Assembly (NCBI GenBank): GCA_050251945.1
Contig: JBFWLW010000003.1
Span: 224,001 to 288,000, forward strand
DNA length: 64,000 nt
DNA from: Deferribacterales bacterium
GTDB taxonomy: Bacteria > Chrysiogenota > Deferribacteres > Deferribacterales > Geovibrionaceae
Direction of reading: 5' to 3'
Shown: in pieces, positions 10,511-20,125 of the stretch
Layout: each line of letters begins with the position of its first letter
Position numbering within the stretch: position 1 is the stretch's first letter
Made by a program: the position numbers and the translations under genes
The notes under the pieces: generated by a model
What the model was told of the DNA's origin: nothing
Databases searched by the model: none
The model's input: only the letters and a program-made list of their open reading frames with translations

Positions 10511-11215
10511 ATGGAAAACACTGTAGTATCAATACCCAGAATAGGCGAGCAGGCACCTGAATTTAAAGCTGTAACAACACAGGGCGAGATAAATTTTCCC
10601 GCAGACTATAAAGGAAGCTGGGTCATCTTTTTCAGCCACCCCGCAGATTTCACACCTGTATGCACATCCGAGTTTATGACATTTGCGAAGATGGAAAACG
10701 ACTTCGCGGCATACAACTGTAAACTGGTGGGTCTCTCTGTTGACGGACTTTACAGCCACATAGCATGGCTGCGCAATATCAAGGAAAAGATAGACTTCAA
10801 AGGCATGAAAGGCATGGAAGTCAAATTCCCCCTCATTGAAGATATCACAATGGAAGTGGCGAAGAAATACGGAATGATTCAGGAGGGCGAAAGCAACACA
10901 AAAGCTGTCAGAGCGGTTTTCGTTATCGACCCCAAAGGCGTGATACGCACTGTGCTTTACTATCCGCTGAGCACCGGACGCAACTTTGACGAACTTCTGA
11001 GAATCGTCGTTGCTCTTCAGACAGCGGACGCTTTCACATGTGCGACACCGGCAGACTGGAGACCCGGCGACGAAGTTATCGTTCCGCCCGCAGGTTCATG
11101 CGGCGTTGCAAAAGACAGGGTTGAAGGCAAAGAAGAAAACGTGAAGTGCTATGACTGGTACTTCTGTACAAAACCTGTCAGCGCACAGGAAATAGATTCC
11201 AAACTTAAAAAGTAA
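10511..11215 (+). CDS. Peroxiredoxin (AhpC/TSA family, Prx6-like)
   Basis: FSHPADFTPVCTSE, GRNFDE, TPADW motifs and C-terminal cysteines. Confidence 0.93.
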   Translation: MENTVVSIPRIGEQAPEFKAVTTQGEINFPADYKGSWVIFFSHPADFTPVCTSEFMTFAKMENDFAAYNCKLVGLSVDGLYSHIAWLRNIKEKIDFKGMKGMEVKFPLIEDITMEVAKKYGMIQEGESNTKAVRAVFVIDPKGVIRTVLYYPLSTGRNFDELLRIVVALQTADAFTCATPADWRPGDEVIVPPAGSCGVAKDRVEGKEENVKCYDWYFCTKPVSAQEIDSKLKK

Positions 11216-11247
11216 CTTAACAGGGGGGCTGAAACGCCCCCCCCCCC

Positions 11248-11387
11248 CACGTTGTTGACAAACTAAATTTGCACATACTCACATTAGACTGCTTCGGGTT
11301 AAAACCCTCGCAGAGACGTTTTTTGTCTTCGCGAGGAGCGCATGCGACGACGCGATCCTCCATTTTCCTGACTTTGTCATCAGCCTG
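11248..11387 (+). mobile_element. MITE copy A, short form (140 bp), between two terminator-like hairpins
   Basis: Ends CACGTTGTTGACAAAC...ACTTTGTCATCAGCCTG, internal REP pair, highly similar to 26178-26318. Confidence 0.85.
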
Positions 11388-11412
11388 AGGGGGCTTTTCA
11401 ACCCCCACAATT

Positions 11413-12843
11413 TTATAAATAACTCTTGGCTATCCCGCCCAGCTTGATTATTGATTTCTCAAATTTCGCATCCCACGGAAATCCGCAGTTTATCCGCATG
11501 AAGTTATTGTATTTCTGCTGGGATGAAAATATCCCGCCCGGCGAAAACGATATCTTTTCTTTCAGAGCTCTGGGGTACATGTCCAGAGTGTCCACCTTTT
11601 CGGGCATCTCCACCCACAGCACGAAACCGCCCTGCGGACGGGTGACACGCGTACCCTCGGGGAAATGACGCATTATCTGATATGTATACGTTTCCACCTG
11701 CGCCTTGAAACTGTTATTCATTTTGCGCAGATGTCTTGGGAATTTTCCTGATGCGAGGAAATGTGCAACCGTGAGCTGCGGAACTGTATTGGTCGCCATG
11801 CTGGAAGCTATCTTCTGGCGGAGTATTTCGTCGAAATATTTGCCCGGCTCTACCCAGCCCACACGGTAACCAGGCGCCAGACTTTTTGAAAAGGATGAAA
11901 CGTGTATCACGTTGCCGTTCCTGTCGTACTTTTTCAGGTTGCCGAGCCGTCTCCCGCCGAAATTGAAATCGCCGTTTATATCGTCCTCAATGATGGGAAT
12001 ATCCTTTTTATTGCAAAGCTCAACCATCTCTTTCCGTGCATCCTCCGGATAGGTGTGTCCCATAGGGTTGCCATAGTTCGGCTGAACCAGAACGGCTTTC
12101 ACATCGAAACGGCTTAGAGCTTCTTTGAAGTCTTTCATAAGAATACCGTTTTGAGGGCTGGTTGGCAGTTCCAGTGCATAGACCTTCGCCGTTTCAAGCA
12201 GATGCATGAATCCGAAATAGCTGGGCGATTCCATAAGCACAAGATCGCCGGGGCGCGTTACTGCCCGCATCGCCATTGTGATCCCTTCGGAAGCGCCGTT
12301 TGTTATTATTATATTGTCGCTGGTGACAGAATTGCCGTTCATGTTCATGTAATAGGCAAGTTGCTGACGGAAAAATTTATGTCCCTGAACGTCGCCGTAT
12401 TCCACACGCGCTTCGCTGTCGGTGGATAACAGTTTTTTCATTATGCTGTTCAGTTCTCTGTGAGGTAACAGTTCAGTTGCAGGCATCGCACAGCCAAGGG
12501 GAACGATATCCGGATTGGTGATGGCATACAGTATTTCCTGTATCAGACTGCTGTTCTTAACCTGCATCGGCTGGTCGCTGGGTTTTGTGACACGAACCGC
12601 CTCGCGGGGAACAATTGTTCCGCCGGACACATAAAACCCTGACTGGGGGCGGGCTTCAAGCATGCCCACACTTTCAAGTTCCATATACGCCTGCATCACC
12701 GTGGAGAGACTGACGCTCTGCTCCTCGCTCATTTTTCTCAGCGAGGGAACCTTGTCACCCGGGCGTAGAACTTCATTTTCCATCATGGTGACTATAACAT
12801 CCATAACCTGTCTGTACCGGAATTCCTGCTTAACTTTTGCCAT
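11413..12843 (-). CDS. MocR/GabR-family regulator (GntR wHTH plus PLP aminotransferase domain)
   Basis: GDKVPSLR...STVMQAY...ARPQSGFYV; IIEDD; SSFSKSLAPGYRVGW. Confidence 0.93.
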   Translation of the reverse strand: MAKVKQEFRYRQVMDVIVTMMENEVLRPGDKVPSLRKMSEEQSVSLSTVMQAYMELESVGMLEARPQSGFYVSGGTIVPREAVRVTKPSDQPMQVKNSSLIQEILYAITNPDIVPLGCAMPATELLPHRELNSIMKKLLSTDSEARVEYGDVQGHKFFRQQLAYYMNMNGNSVTSDNIIITNGASEGITMAMRAVTRPGDLVLMESPSYFGFMHLLETAKVYALELPTSPQNGILMKDFKEALSRFDVKAVLVQPNYGNPMGHTYPEDARKEMVELCNKKDIPIIEDDINGDFNFGGRRLGNLKKYDRNGNVIHVSSFSKSLAPGYRVGWVEPGKYFDEILRQKIASSMATNTVPQLTVAHFLASGKFPRHLRKMNNSFKAQVETYTYQIMRHFPEGTRVTRPQGGFVLWVEMPEKVDTLDMYPRALKEKISFSPGGIFSSQQKYNNFMRINCGFPWDAKFEKSIIKLGGIAKSYL

Positions 12844-12912
12844 ACAGTCCTCAACTGTTATGTAAACATTTCTATTTTTCTGTATCTGTTATGGTAACTG
12901 TTATTGCTGTAT
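12842..12912. promoter_or_regulatory. Probable MocR operator repeats
   Basis: CTGTTATG at 12855 and 12886, CTGTTATT at 12898, CTGTAT at 12880 and 12907, inverted ATACAG at 12842, all in the divergent promoter region. Confidence 0.55.
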
Positions 12913-13056
12913 TTTACAATCAGAAAGTGGGCAGGAGACAAGCCTTTTGAAATTCAGAAGGCTGGCTTCCGAAAAGACCGATGGTAAATAAAGATTTTTT
13001 GTAATATAAGAATCACCATAGAGCGAACACTTAATTCCGAAACATGAGGTGGCATC

Positions 13057-13323
13057 ATGACGACTAAACAGGAGCTAAAACTAAAACGGTTTCAGACCAA
13101 AGGTTTTGAAAACGCAAAGTCACTCAGCATCTATTGCAGCGAAGGTTCATTATGGATAACAGCAGGCAACGCACTGGGCGACCGTGTGCTTTATGCAGGC
13201 AAAGAACTCCACATAATCGCATCAGACAAGGTTGTTGTTGAGGCTCTTGCAGACAGCGTTTCTTTTGTTACAGTCATGGCGGATATGCCACATCCCCATA
13301 CAATGACAGCAAATAACGACTAA
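13057..13323 (+). CDS. Small DUF2917-like protein
   Basis: CSEGSLWIT...GDRVLYAG...VVVEAL pattern, GAGGT SD, divergent from MocR. Confidence 0.75.
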   Translation: MTTKQELKLKRFQTKGFENAKSLSIYCSEGSLWITAGNALGDRVLYAGKELHIIASDKVVVEALADSVSFVTVMADMPHPHTMTANND

Positions 13324-13388
13324 GTTTAATATATGGCACGCATATGTGCCTTCTGAGGAATATATCCTCCTATCTCTTCAAGCGTAGA

Positions 13389-13416
13389 AAAAGGGCGGCT
13401 TCGTGCCGCCTTTTTT
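13389..13416 (+). terminator. Intrinsic terminator
   Basis: GGCGGC-ttcgt-GCCGCC followed by TTTTTT and preceded by an A-tract. Confidence 0.8.
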
Positions 13417-13426
13417 CAATTATATA

Positions 13427-13916
13427 CACTCTCAAACGACTTCCATGTCGTTTGTTCGCAACGCTTCGTGCGGAATGAATCCGCACTGCGCTCACGCTCC
13501 TCTCGACTCGACACCAAAGGCGCCTCGTCTCAATCCGCGAAGCACATCCATGTGCTTTTGACGCCTTTTTTCAATTAAGCACTCTTAAACGACTTCCGTG
13601 TCGTTTGTTCGCAACGCTTCGTGCGGAATGAATCCGCACTGCGCTCACGCTCCTCTCGACTCGACACCAAAGGCGCCTCGTCTCAATCCGCGAAGCACAT
13701 CCATGTGCTTTTTACGCCTTTTTTCAATTAAGCACTCTCAAACGACTTCCGTGTCGTTTGTTCGCAACGCTTCGTGCGGAATGAATCCGCACTGCGCTCA
13801 CGCTCCTCTCGACTCGACACCAAAGGCGCCTCGTCTCAATCCGCGAAGCACATCCATGTGCTTTTGACGCCTTTTTTCAATTAAGCACTCTCAAACGACT
13901 TCCATATGCTTTTGAC
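13427..13916. repeat. Tandem array of three near-identical 153-bp palindromic units plus a collapsed fourth
   Basis: Unit starts at 13427, 13580, 13733 and 13886; only a few substitutions between units. Confidence 0.95.
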
Positions 13917-13937
13917 ATTTCCATGCTAAAATCTGTA

Positions 13938-14762
13938 ATGCATGATGAACTGAAATACCTGATTAAAAATTCAAAGACCTGCCTGTTTCTGACCGGAGCG
14001 GGAATGAGCGCGGACAGCGGTATTCCTACGTTCAGAGACCGCGACGGCTATTGGCGGAACTTTCCCATTTTCAAAGAAAAGGGACTCCTGCCGCAGGAGC
14101 TTGCATCTCCGGCTTCGTTCCGCAGACAGCCGCATCACAGCTGGGCGTTTTACGAATGGCGCAGGCGCAACGCACGTATGAATACCCCTCACAAAGGTTA
14201 CGAGGTCATAAACCGCATGGTTTCGGATATTTTTGAAGACAGTTTCGTCCACACCACAAACACGGACGGATATCATATAATTTCAGGTCTGCCCGCAGAC
14301 CGTGTGACAGAAATACACGGCAGTATGTGGCGGCTTCAATGCATGAGCGGCTCATCGTGCCGCTACGGTGTCCGGCACAATACCGACGTCCCGCTTCTGG
14401 AGATGGACGAAAACACAATGTCCGCACTTACGATGCCGAAATGTCCGGTTTGCGGAAACCTTCTGCGTCCCAATATATTAATGTTCAACGACCGGGAATA
14501 CATAGACAACGATGTTCAGCTAAACCATTTTGAAAATTTTCTGGAAAAGCACGACCGGATCGACCTCATTTTACTGGTAGGCTCCAGCAGTCAGATACCA
14601 ACCAACGACTATATTGCGAAACGTCTGAAACAATACGGAAGCAGAGTTGTCACCATAAATCCTGATCCATCATCGGCAAGGGTATGCAGTCCCGACATAT
14701 TTATAAAAGAACGTTCGCTCCCGGCTTTTGAAGCCATTGAAAAAATCCTTAACTCCTTCTGA
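13938..14762 (+). CDS. Sir2/CobB-family NAD-dependent deacylase (alternative start 13923)
   Basis: TGAGMSADSGIPTFR, TTNTDG, EIHGS, C...C...CPVC zinc site, RPNILMF, VGSS, INP motifs. Confidence 0.9.
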   Translation: MHDELKYLIKNSKTCLFLTGAGMSADSGIPTFRDRDGYWRNFPIFKEKGLLPQELASPASFRRQPHHSWAFYEWRRRNARMNTPHKGYEVINRMVSDIFEDSFVHTTNTDGYHIISGLPADRVTEIHGSMWRLQCMSGSSCRYGVRHNTDVPLLEMDENTMSALTMPKCPVCGNLLRPNILMFNDREYIDNDVQLNHFENFLEKHDRIDLILLVGSSSQIPTNDYIAKRLKQYGSRVVTINPDPSSARVCSPDIFIKERSLPAFEAIEKILNSF

Positions 14763-14782
14763 CAAAACATACTAAAAAAGGC

Positions 14783-14811
14783 TTGACACAGGCAGGCTCA
14801 ACTCATATTGT
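14783..14811 (+). promoter_or_regulatory. Sigma70 promoter of the hrcA operon
   Basis: TTGACA-17 bp-TATTGT directly before CIRCE. Confidence 0.8.
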
Positions 14812-14816
14812 AGGCA

Positions 14817-14843
14817 TTAGCACTCATGACATGTGAGTGCTAA
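14817..14843. promoter_or_regulatory. CIRCE element (HrcA operator)
   Basis: Perfect TTAGCACTC-N9-GAGTGCTAA. Confidence 0.98.
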
Positions 14844-14859
14844 CAAAACGGTGTGAGCG

Positions 14860-15897
14860 ATGAATTTCCTTAACGACAGAGAAGAAGCCGTTCTTAAAAC
14901 TATCATTGAAGAGTTTGTGCAGAGCAACGAACCCGTCGGCTCAAGGCACATTTCAAAAACAGGTCCGCTGAAACTCGGTCCCGCCTCCATCCGCAACATA
15001 ATGAGCGATCTGGAGGAAAAGGGATATATACTTCAGCCCCATACTTCTGCGGGCAGAGTACCCTCCGACGAGGGATACAGGTATTACATCGACAGACTGG
15101 TGACCTTCGGACTTTCCGACAAGGCTATTCTTGAACAGTTGAAAAGCGACTGCAGTGCAGAAAACATAAACGGCATGTTCAAAAAAGTAAGCGACAACCT
15201 GGGTCGTCTGACACGTTCAGTAGGTTTTGTTATATCACCGAAACTCAACACCATGCTTCTGAAACATATTGAATTCATAAGGCTGAACAGCTCAACCGTT
15301 CTGGCGGTCATCGTCGCCAAAACAGGCATAGTGCATAACGTTATGATCGATATTCCGCCTTCTGTGACAGACAGCGAACTGACACAGATAAGCAATTATC
15401 TGAACACCCACTTTACAGACAAAAGCCTTATGGAGGTCAAAACCTCAATTCTGGACGAAATGCGCCGCGACAAAAACCATATGGACGCACTGCTGCAGAA
15501 TGTTATGAACGTAACTGAAAGAGTTTTTCATAATACAGATTTCGGACAGGACATAATCGTAAGCGGAACCACAGGGATACTCGACCTGCCGGAATTCAGC
15601 GACGTATCACGTCTCAAAGGGCTTTTTCAGACGTTTGAGGAGAAGAAATTCATCTTTGACATTCTGGACAAATGCCAGAACGCAACTGGGGTAAACATCT
15701 TCATAGGCTCCGAAATAGGGCGCTCCGAAGTCAGCGAGCTTGGGCTTGTTACAAAAACCTATTCCAGAGGCGGAAACGTTATAGGGATGCTCGGCATCAT
15801 TGGTCCCAAAAGAATGCGCTACTCCGACGTCGTATCCGTTGTGGACTGCTCCGCCGAACTTGTTTCGGGCATCATGGGCAAGTTTTTAGAGAAGTAA
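14860..15897 (+). CDS. hrcA: Heat-inducible transcription repressor HrcA
   Basis: EPVGS, ASIRNIMSDLE, QPHTSAGRVP, GYRYY, IIGPKRMRY motifs; CIRCE upstream. Confidence 0.97.
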   Translation: MNFLNDREEAVLKTIIEEFVQSNEPVGSRHISKTGPLKLGPASIRNIMSDLEEKGYILQPHTSAGRVPSDEGYRYYIDRLVTFGLSDKAILEQLKSDCSAENINGMFKKVSDNLGRLTRSVGFVISPKLNTMLLKHIEFIRLNSSTVLAVIVAKTGIVHNVMIDIPPSVTDSELTQISNYLNTHFTDKSLMEVKTSILDEMRRDKNHMDALLQNVMNVTERVFHNTDFGQDIIVSGTTGILDLPEFSDVSRLKGLFQTFEEKKFIFDILDKCQNATGVNIFIGSEIGRSEVSELGLVTKTYSRGGNVIGMLGIIGPKRMRYSDVVSVVDCSAELVSGIMGKFLEK

Positions 15898-15941
15898 ACA
15901 GGATGGCTGGCTTAAAACCCATGCCAGCGTCATATAAGACG

Positions 15942-16019
15942 GGATCGCCGCGTCGCTTCACTCCTCGCGAAGACGTACTTCTGTCTCTGCGAAGAAGCAA
16001 CAGGCTGACGAAGCAGTCT
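15942..16019. repeat. CGTC-type REP pair between hrcA and grpE
   Basis: GGATCGC...CTCGCGAAGACG followed by GTCTCTGCGA...GAAGCAGTCT, the same modules as the MITE core. Confidence 0.7.
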
Positions 16020-16056
16020 CATTTGTTTAAAAGGAAATAAGTAAAAGAGGACATAC

Positions 16057-16581
16057 ATGGAAGAAATGGAAAACAAAGAGCAGCAGGAAGAGACGCCGAA
16101 AGACGAACTTACTCTTCTGCGCGAACAGAACGAACGCCTCGCCGAGGCGCTCGCCGCCGCAAAAGACAGCGAACTGCGCTCTCTGGCGGAGATGGACAAC
16201 GTGCGCAAAAGGCTCACAAAGGAGTTTGACGACAAGCTGAAATACTCCAACCTGAACCTGATATCCGCACTGTTCCCCGTTATGGATAATTTTGAAATGG
16301 CGCTTAGCCACATCTCCGGCGAGAATCCGGTGGAAGGTCTTAAAGAGGGCGTTCATCTCACACTGAAGCAGATGAGTGAAACCCTTGAGAAATACGGACT
16401 GAAAGAGATAGAGCTTAACATCGGCGATGAATTCAACCCCCAGTTCCACGAGGCGCTGATGGTTGACTGTGACGAAAACTATGAAGACAACAAGATCCTC
16501 ATGGTGCTGCAAAAAGGATACACCCTCCACGGCAGAGTGGTTCGCCCCTCGAAAGTGAAGGTCAACAAAAGGAATAATTGA
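16057..16581 (+). CDS. grpE: Nucleotide exchange factor GrpE
   Basis: AEMDNVRKR, FNPQFHEA, QKGYTLHGRVVRP motifs; operon context. Confidence 0.96.
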   Translation: MEEMENKEQQEETPKDELTLLREQNERLAEALAAAKDSELRSLAEMDNVRKRLTKEFDDKLKYSNLNLISALFPVMDNFEMALSHISGENPVEGLKEGVHLTLKQMSETLEKYGLKEIELNIGDEFNPQFHEALMVDCDENYEDNKILMVLQKGYTLHGRVVRPSKVKVNKRNN

Positions 16582-16608
16582 AAAGATATACAATCTCAGG
16601 AGGAAACA

Positions 16609-18534
16609 ATGGCAACATCCAAAAAGGTCATCGGTATTGACCTCGGAACCACAAACTCATGCGTAAGCATTATGGAGGGCGGTCAGCCCAAAGTTATCGC
16701 TAACTCTGAAGGCGCGCTTACAACGCCTTCGGTTGTGGCTTTTACAGATTCTGACAGACTGGTCGGTATGCTGGCGAAAAGACAGGCGATAACCAACCCG
16801 GAAAACACAATATTCTCTATTAAACGTCTGATAGGACGTAAATCTGATGCCCCAGAAGTGGCAAAAGCAAAAAAAGTGCTTCCCTATCAGATAGTCGGTT
16901 CAGACAACAACGATGCATGGGTTGAAGTTAAAGGTAAAAAATACGCTCCTCAGGAAGTTTCAGCTATGATACTTCAGAAGCTGAAATCCACTGCGGAAGA
17001 TTATCTTGGCGAAACCGTCACAGATGCTGTAATCACAGTTCCCGCTTACTTCAACGACGCTCAGCGTCAGGCAACAAAAGATGCGGGCAAGATCGCAGGT
17101 CTTAACGTGCTTCGTATCATCAACGAACCCACAGCCGCAGCGCTTGCATACGGTCTGGACAAAAAGCACGACGAGAAAATCGCAGTGTACGACCTTGGCG
17201 GCGGTACGTTCGATATCTCCATCCTTGAACTGGGTGACGGCGTATTTGAAGTTAAGTCAACCAACGGCGATACTTTCCTCGGCGGTGACGACTTTGACAT
17301 GCGCGTAGTTGAGTGGCTTGTGGATGAGTTCAAAAAATCCAACGCTCTCGACCTTCGCAACGACAAAATGGCTCTTCAGCGTCTGAAAGAGGCCGCTGAA
17401 AAAGCTAAACACGAACTTTCAACAGCAGGCGAAACAGAGATAAACCTTCCGTTCATCACTGCTGATGCAACCGGTCCCAAACACCTTGTTGTTAAACTCT
17501 CCAGAGCAAAATTCGAGTCTCTGGTTATGGATCTGGTCGTAAACTCACTGGAGCCTTGCAAAAAAGCTCTTCAGGATGCAGGTCTTTCCGCAAGCCAGAT
17601 AGACGAAGTCATCCTTGTCGGCGGTATGACCCGTATGCCGCTGGTTCAGCAGAAAGTTAAAGAATTCTTCGGCAAAGAACCCCATAAAGGCATCAACCCC
17701 GATGAAGTTGTTGCAGTGGGTGCGGCAATTCAGGGTGCGGTTCTTTCAGGCGACGTAAAAGACGTTCTCCTGCTGGACGTTACTCCTCTGTCACTGGGTA
17801 TCGAAACTCTGGGCGGCGTTATGACAAAAATCATCCCCAGAAACACAACAATACCCGCACGCCAGAGCCAGACTTTCACGACCGCAGCAGACAGCCAGAC
17901 CTCTGTTACCATCAGCGTAATTCAGGGCGAACGTGAAATGGCAAACGACAACAAACATATCGGACGCTTCGACCTCGTTGGTATCCCTGCGGCTCCCCGC
18001 GGCGTTCCGCAGATCGAAGTTACATTCGATATAGATGCGAACGGTATCCTGCACGTTTCCGCCAAAGATCAGGGAACAGGCAAAGAACAATCCATCCGCA
18101 TCACTCCTTCAAGCGGTCTGTCCGATGACGAAATAAACAAAATGGTCAAGGATGCCGAACTCAACGCCGACGCGGACAAAAAGAAAAAAGAACTCGTTGA
18201 GGCAAGAAATCAGGCGGATACGCTTGTTTACTCAACTGAAAAATCACTGTCCGAACACGGCGACAAAGTCGATGGACAGACAAAAGAAGCCATCGAAAAA
18301 GCTCTTGCCGACCTGAAAGCAAAATCAGCAGGTGAAGACCCCGCAGCCATCAACGCGGCTATCGAAGAGCTTACAAAAGCTGCTCATAAACTTGCCGAAG
18401 AAATATACAAAGCGGCACAGGCACAGCAGCAGGAAGCACAGTCACCCGACGGCACAGAGCAGACACAGCAGGGTAAACCCGCTGACGACGTTGTTGACGC
18501 CGAGTTTGAAGAAGTTAAAGACGAAAAGAAATAA
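16609..18534 (+). CDS. dnaK: Chaperone DnaK
   Basis: [35 protein letters not shown] and DAEFEEV motifs. Confidence 0.99.
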   Translation: MATSKKVIGIDLGTTNSCVSIMEGGQPKVIANSEGALTTPSVVAFTDSDRLVGMLAKRQAITNPENTIFSIKRLIGRKSDAPEVAKAKKVLPYQIVGSDNNDAWVEVKGKKYAPQEVSAMILQKLKSTAEDYLGETVTDAVITVPAYFNDAQRQATKDAGKIAGLNVLRIINEPTAAALAYGLDKKHDEKIAVYDLGGGTFDISILELGDGVFEVKSTNGDTFLGGDDFDMRVVEWLVDEFKKSNALDLRNDKMALQRLKEAAEKAKHELSTAGETEINLPFITADATGPKHLVVKLSRAKFESLVMDLVVNSLEPCKKALQDAGLSASQIDEVILVGGMTRMPLVQQKVKEFFGKEPHKGINPDEVVAVGAAIQGAVLSGDVKDVLLLDVTPLSLGIETLGGVMTKIIPRNTTIPARQSQTFTTAADSQTSVTISVIQGEREMANDNKHIGRFDLVGIPAAPRGVPQIEVTFDIDANGILHVSAKDQGTGKEQSIRITPSSGLSDDEINKMVKDAELNADADKKKKELVEARNQADTLVYSTEKSLSEHGDKVDGQTKEAIEKALADLKAKSAGEDPAAINAAIEELTKAAHKLAEEIYKAAQAQQQEAQSPDGTEQTQQGKPADDVVDAEFEEVKDEKK

Positions 18535-18546
18535 TAATTTTCTATC

Positions 18547-18580
18547 AAAGGGGGCTGACGGACATCGGCTCCCTTTTTTT
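18547..18580 (+). terminator. Intrinsic terminator after dnaK
   Basis: AAAGGGGGCTGA...TCGGCTCCC followed by T7. Confidence 0.7.
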
Positions 18581-18604
18581 GTTTTATTCTCTCTTTAAAG
18601 AGGT

Positions 18605-18709
18605 CAGGCAGTTGACAAACAGGTCAATTTATAATTAGACTGCCGCGTCAGCCTGCGGCTTCCTCGCAGAGACATTCATTCGTCTTTGAGAACGAAGTGA
18701 AGCAAACTG
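18605..18709 (+). mobile_element. Degenerate partial MITE copy E upstream of dnaJ
   Basis: CAGGCAGTTGACAAAC left end, then ATTAGACTGC...CCTCGCAGAGAC and a decayed second palindrome; right TIR not seen. Confidence 0.55.
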
Positions 18710-18727
18710 ATTTTACGGAGCTTAACA

Positions 18728-19849
18728 TTGGCTAAAGATTACTATGAAACTCTGGGCGTTAATAAAAACGCCACAGAAACCGAACTGAAAAAAGCATACA
18801 GAAAACTCGCCATGCAGTATCACCCAGACAGAAATCAGGGCAACAAAGAGGCGGAAGAGAAATTCAGGGAAATTAACGAGGCATATTCCATTCTGTCAGA
18901 CGGCACAAAACGTGCGCAGTATGACCAGTACGGAAGGGTCTTTGACGATAAAAACGGCGGATTCGGCGGAGGCGGAGGATTCGGAAACGGAGATACCATC
19001 TTTGAAGAATTCTTCGGAGACGTTTTCGGCGATTTCTTCGGCACAGCCGGAAGCACCAGACGCAAACGCAGACCCCAGAAGGGCACAAATATACAGATGG
19101 GGCTTGAAATCTCCTTTGAAGAAGCGGCGTTCGGCTGCGAAAAGGAACTCAACGTACCCAAAACCGAAAACTGTTCGCGATGTGACGGAACGGGAGCCGA
19201 ACCGGGCGCTATGGAAACATGCCCCACATGTCACGGTTCCGGCACTATCCAGCGCAGGCAGGGTCTTTTCGCCATCAGCACCCCTTGCGGTACATGCGGC
19301 GGAACTGGACAGATAATCAAAGAACTCTGCAAAGAGTGCCGCGGTGAAGGCACAAAACGCGTCACAACCAAGCTGAGCGTCAAAGTTCCCGCAGGCATAG
19401 AGGACGGCATGACGATGCGTCTCTCAGGAAAGGGCAATTCAGGCAGCAACGGCGGTCCCGCAGGCGACCTTTTCATAGAGGTTTCGGTGTCCCCTCACAA
19501 GCTTTTCAAAAGAGACGGACGGGAAATATACATGGAACTCCCGATATCATTCGTTGACGCGATACTCGGCAAATCCATAGATATTCCGACACTGAACGGT
19601 GCAGAAAAAATAACCATCAAAGCCGGCTCACAGCCAGGTGACAAGATAGTTCTGAAAGGCAAGGGACTTCCCGACGTTCAGGGCATCGGCATCGGAAATA
19701 TGAACATTGAACTCAAAGTTCTGCTCCCCACACAGCTTACTAAGGAGCAGAAGGATCTTCTGGAACAGTTCGATCTTACGGTTACGGAAGAAACATATCA
19801 CTCCCAGAAAACCCTTTGGGACAGAATGAAAGAATTTTTTAAAGCGTAG
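18728..19849 (+). CDS. dnaJ: Chaperone DnaJ (TTG start)
   Basis: J domain with HPD, G/F-rich region, four CxxCxGxG repeats. Confidence 0.98.
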   Translation: MAKDYYETLGVNKNATETELKKAYRKLAMQYHPDRNQGNKEAEEKFREINEAYSILSDGTKRAQYDQYGRVFDDKNGGFGGGGGFGNGDTIFEEFFGDVFGDFFGTAGSTRRKRRPQKGTNIQMGLEISFEEAAFGCEKELNVPKTENCSRCDGTGAEPGAMETCPTCHGSGTIQRRQGLFAISTPCGTCGGTGQIIKELCKECRGEGTKRVTTKLSVKVPAGIEDGMTMRLSGKGNSGSNGGPAGDLFIEVSVSPHKLFKRDGREIYMELPISFVDAILGKSIDIPTLNGAEKITIKAGSQPGDKIVLKGKGLPDVQGIGIGNMNIELKVLLPTQLTKEQKDLLEQFDLTVTEETYHSQKTLWDRMKEFFKA

Positions 19850-19877
19850 AAAACAGCGGGCGGCTTTTATGCCGCGT

Positions 19878-20115
19878 CAGACTTATGATAAAGTCAGGAA
19901 AATGCAGGATCGCGTCGTCGCGTGCGCTTCTCGCGAAGACAAAACAACGTCTCTGCGAGGGTTTCAACCCGAAGCAGTCTAATTTCCATATTTCTCCCTC
20001 CTTTAGCAAAAGGAGGGTTGGGGTGGATTTGATTGATGTTTAATCAAAATCCCCCTTATTCCCCCTTTTCTAAAGGGGGAGATAGGAACGTAAAATCCAG
20101 TTTGTCAACAACCTG
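19878..20115 (-). mobile_element. MITE copy B, long form (~238 bp), with 18-bp target duplication
   Basis: GGGCGGCTTTTATGCCGC at 19858-19875 and 20117-20134; near-identical reverse complement of 24374-24610. Confidence 0.9.
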
Positions 20116-20125
20116 AGGGCGGCTT

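Noticed and set aside
11217..11408. 63-aa ORF
   Set aside because: Coincides with MITE copy A and its flanking hairpins
13598..13867. 89-aa ORF with a repeated peptide
   Set aside because: By-product of the 51-codon repeat period; no SD, and neighbouring units contain stops in the same frame
13427..13916. CRISPR array or integron cassette array
   Set aside because: Whole 153-bp units repeat with no unique spacers or cassettes, and there is no cas or intI gene in the window
13938..14762. Sir2 as an anti-phage defence effector
   Set aside because: Stand-alone zinc-binding CobB-like sirtuin with no partner defence genes
18612..18635. TTGACA...TATAAT promoter for dnaJ
   Set aside because: Spacer is only 12 bp and the TTGACA is part of the MITE TIR
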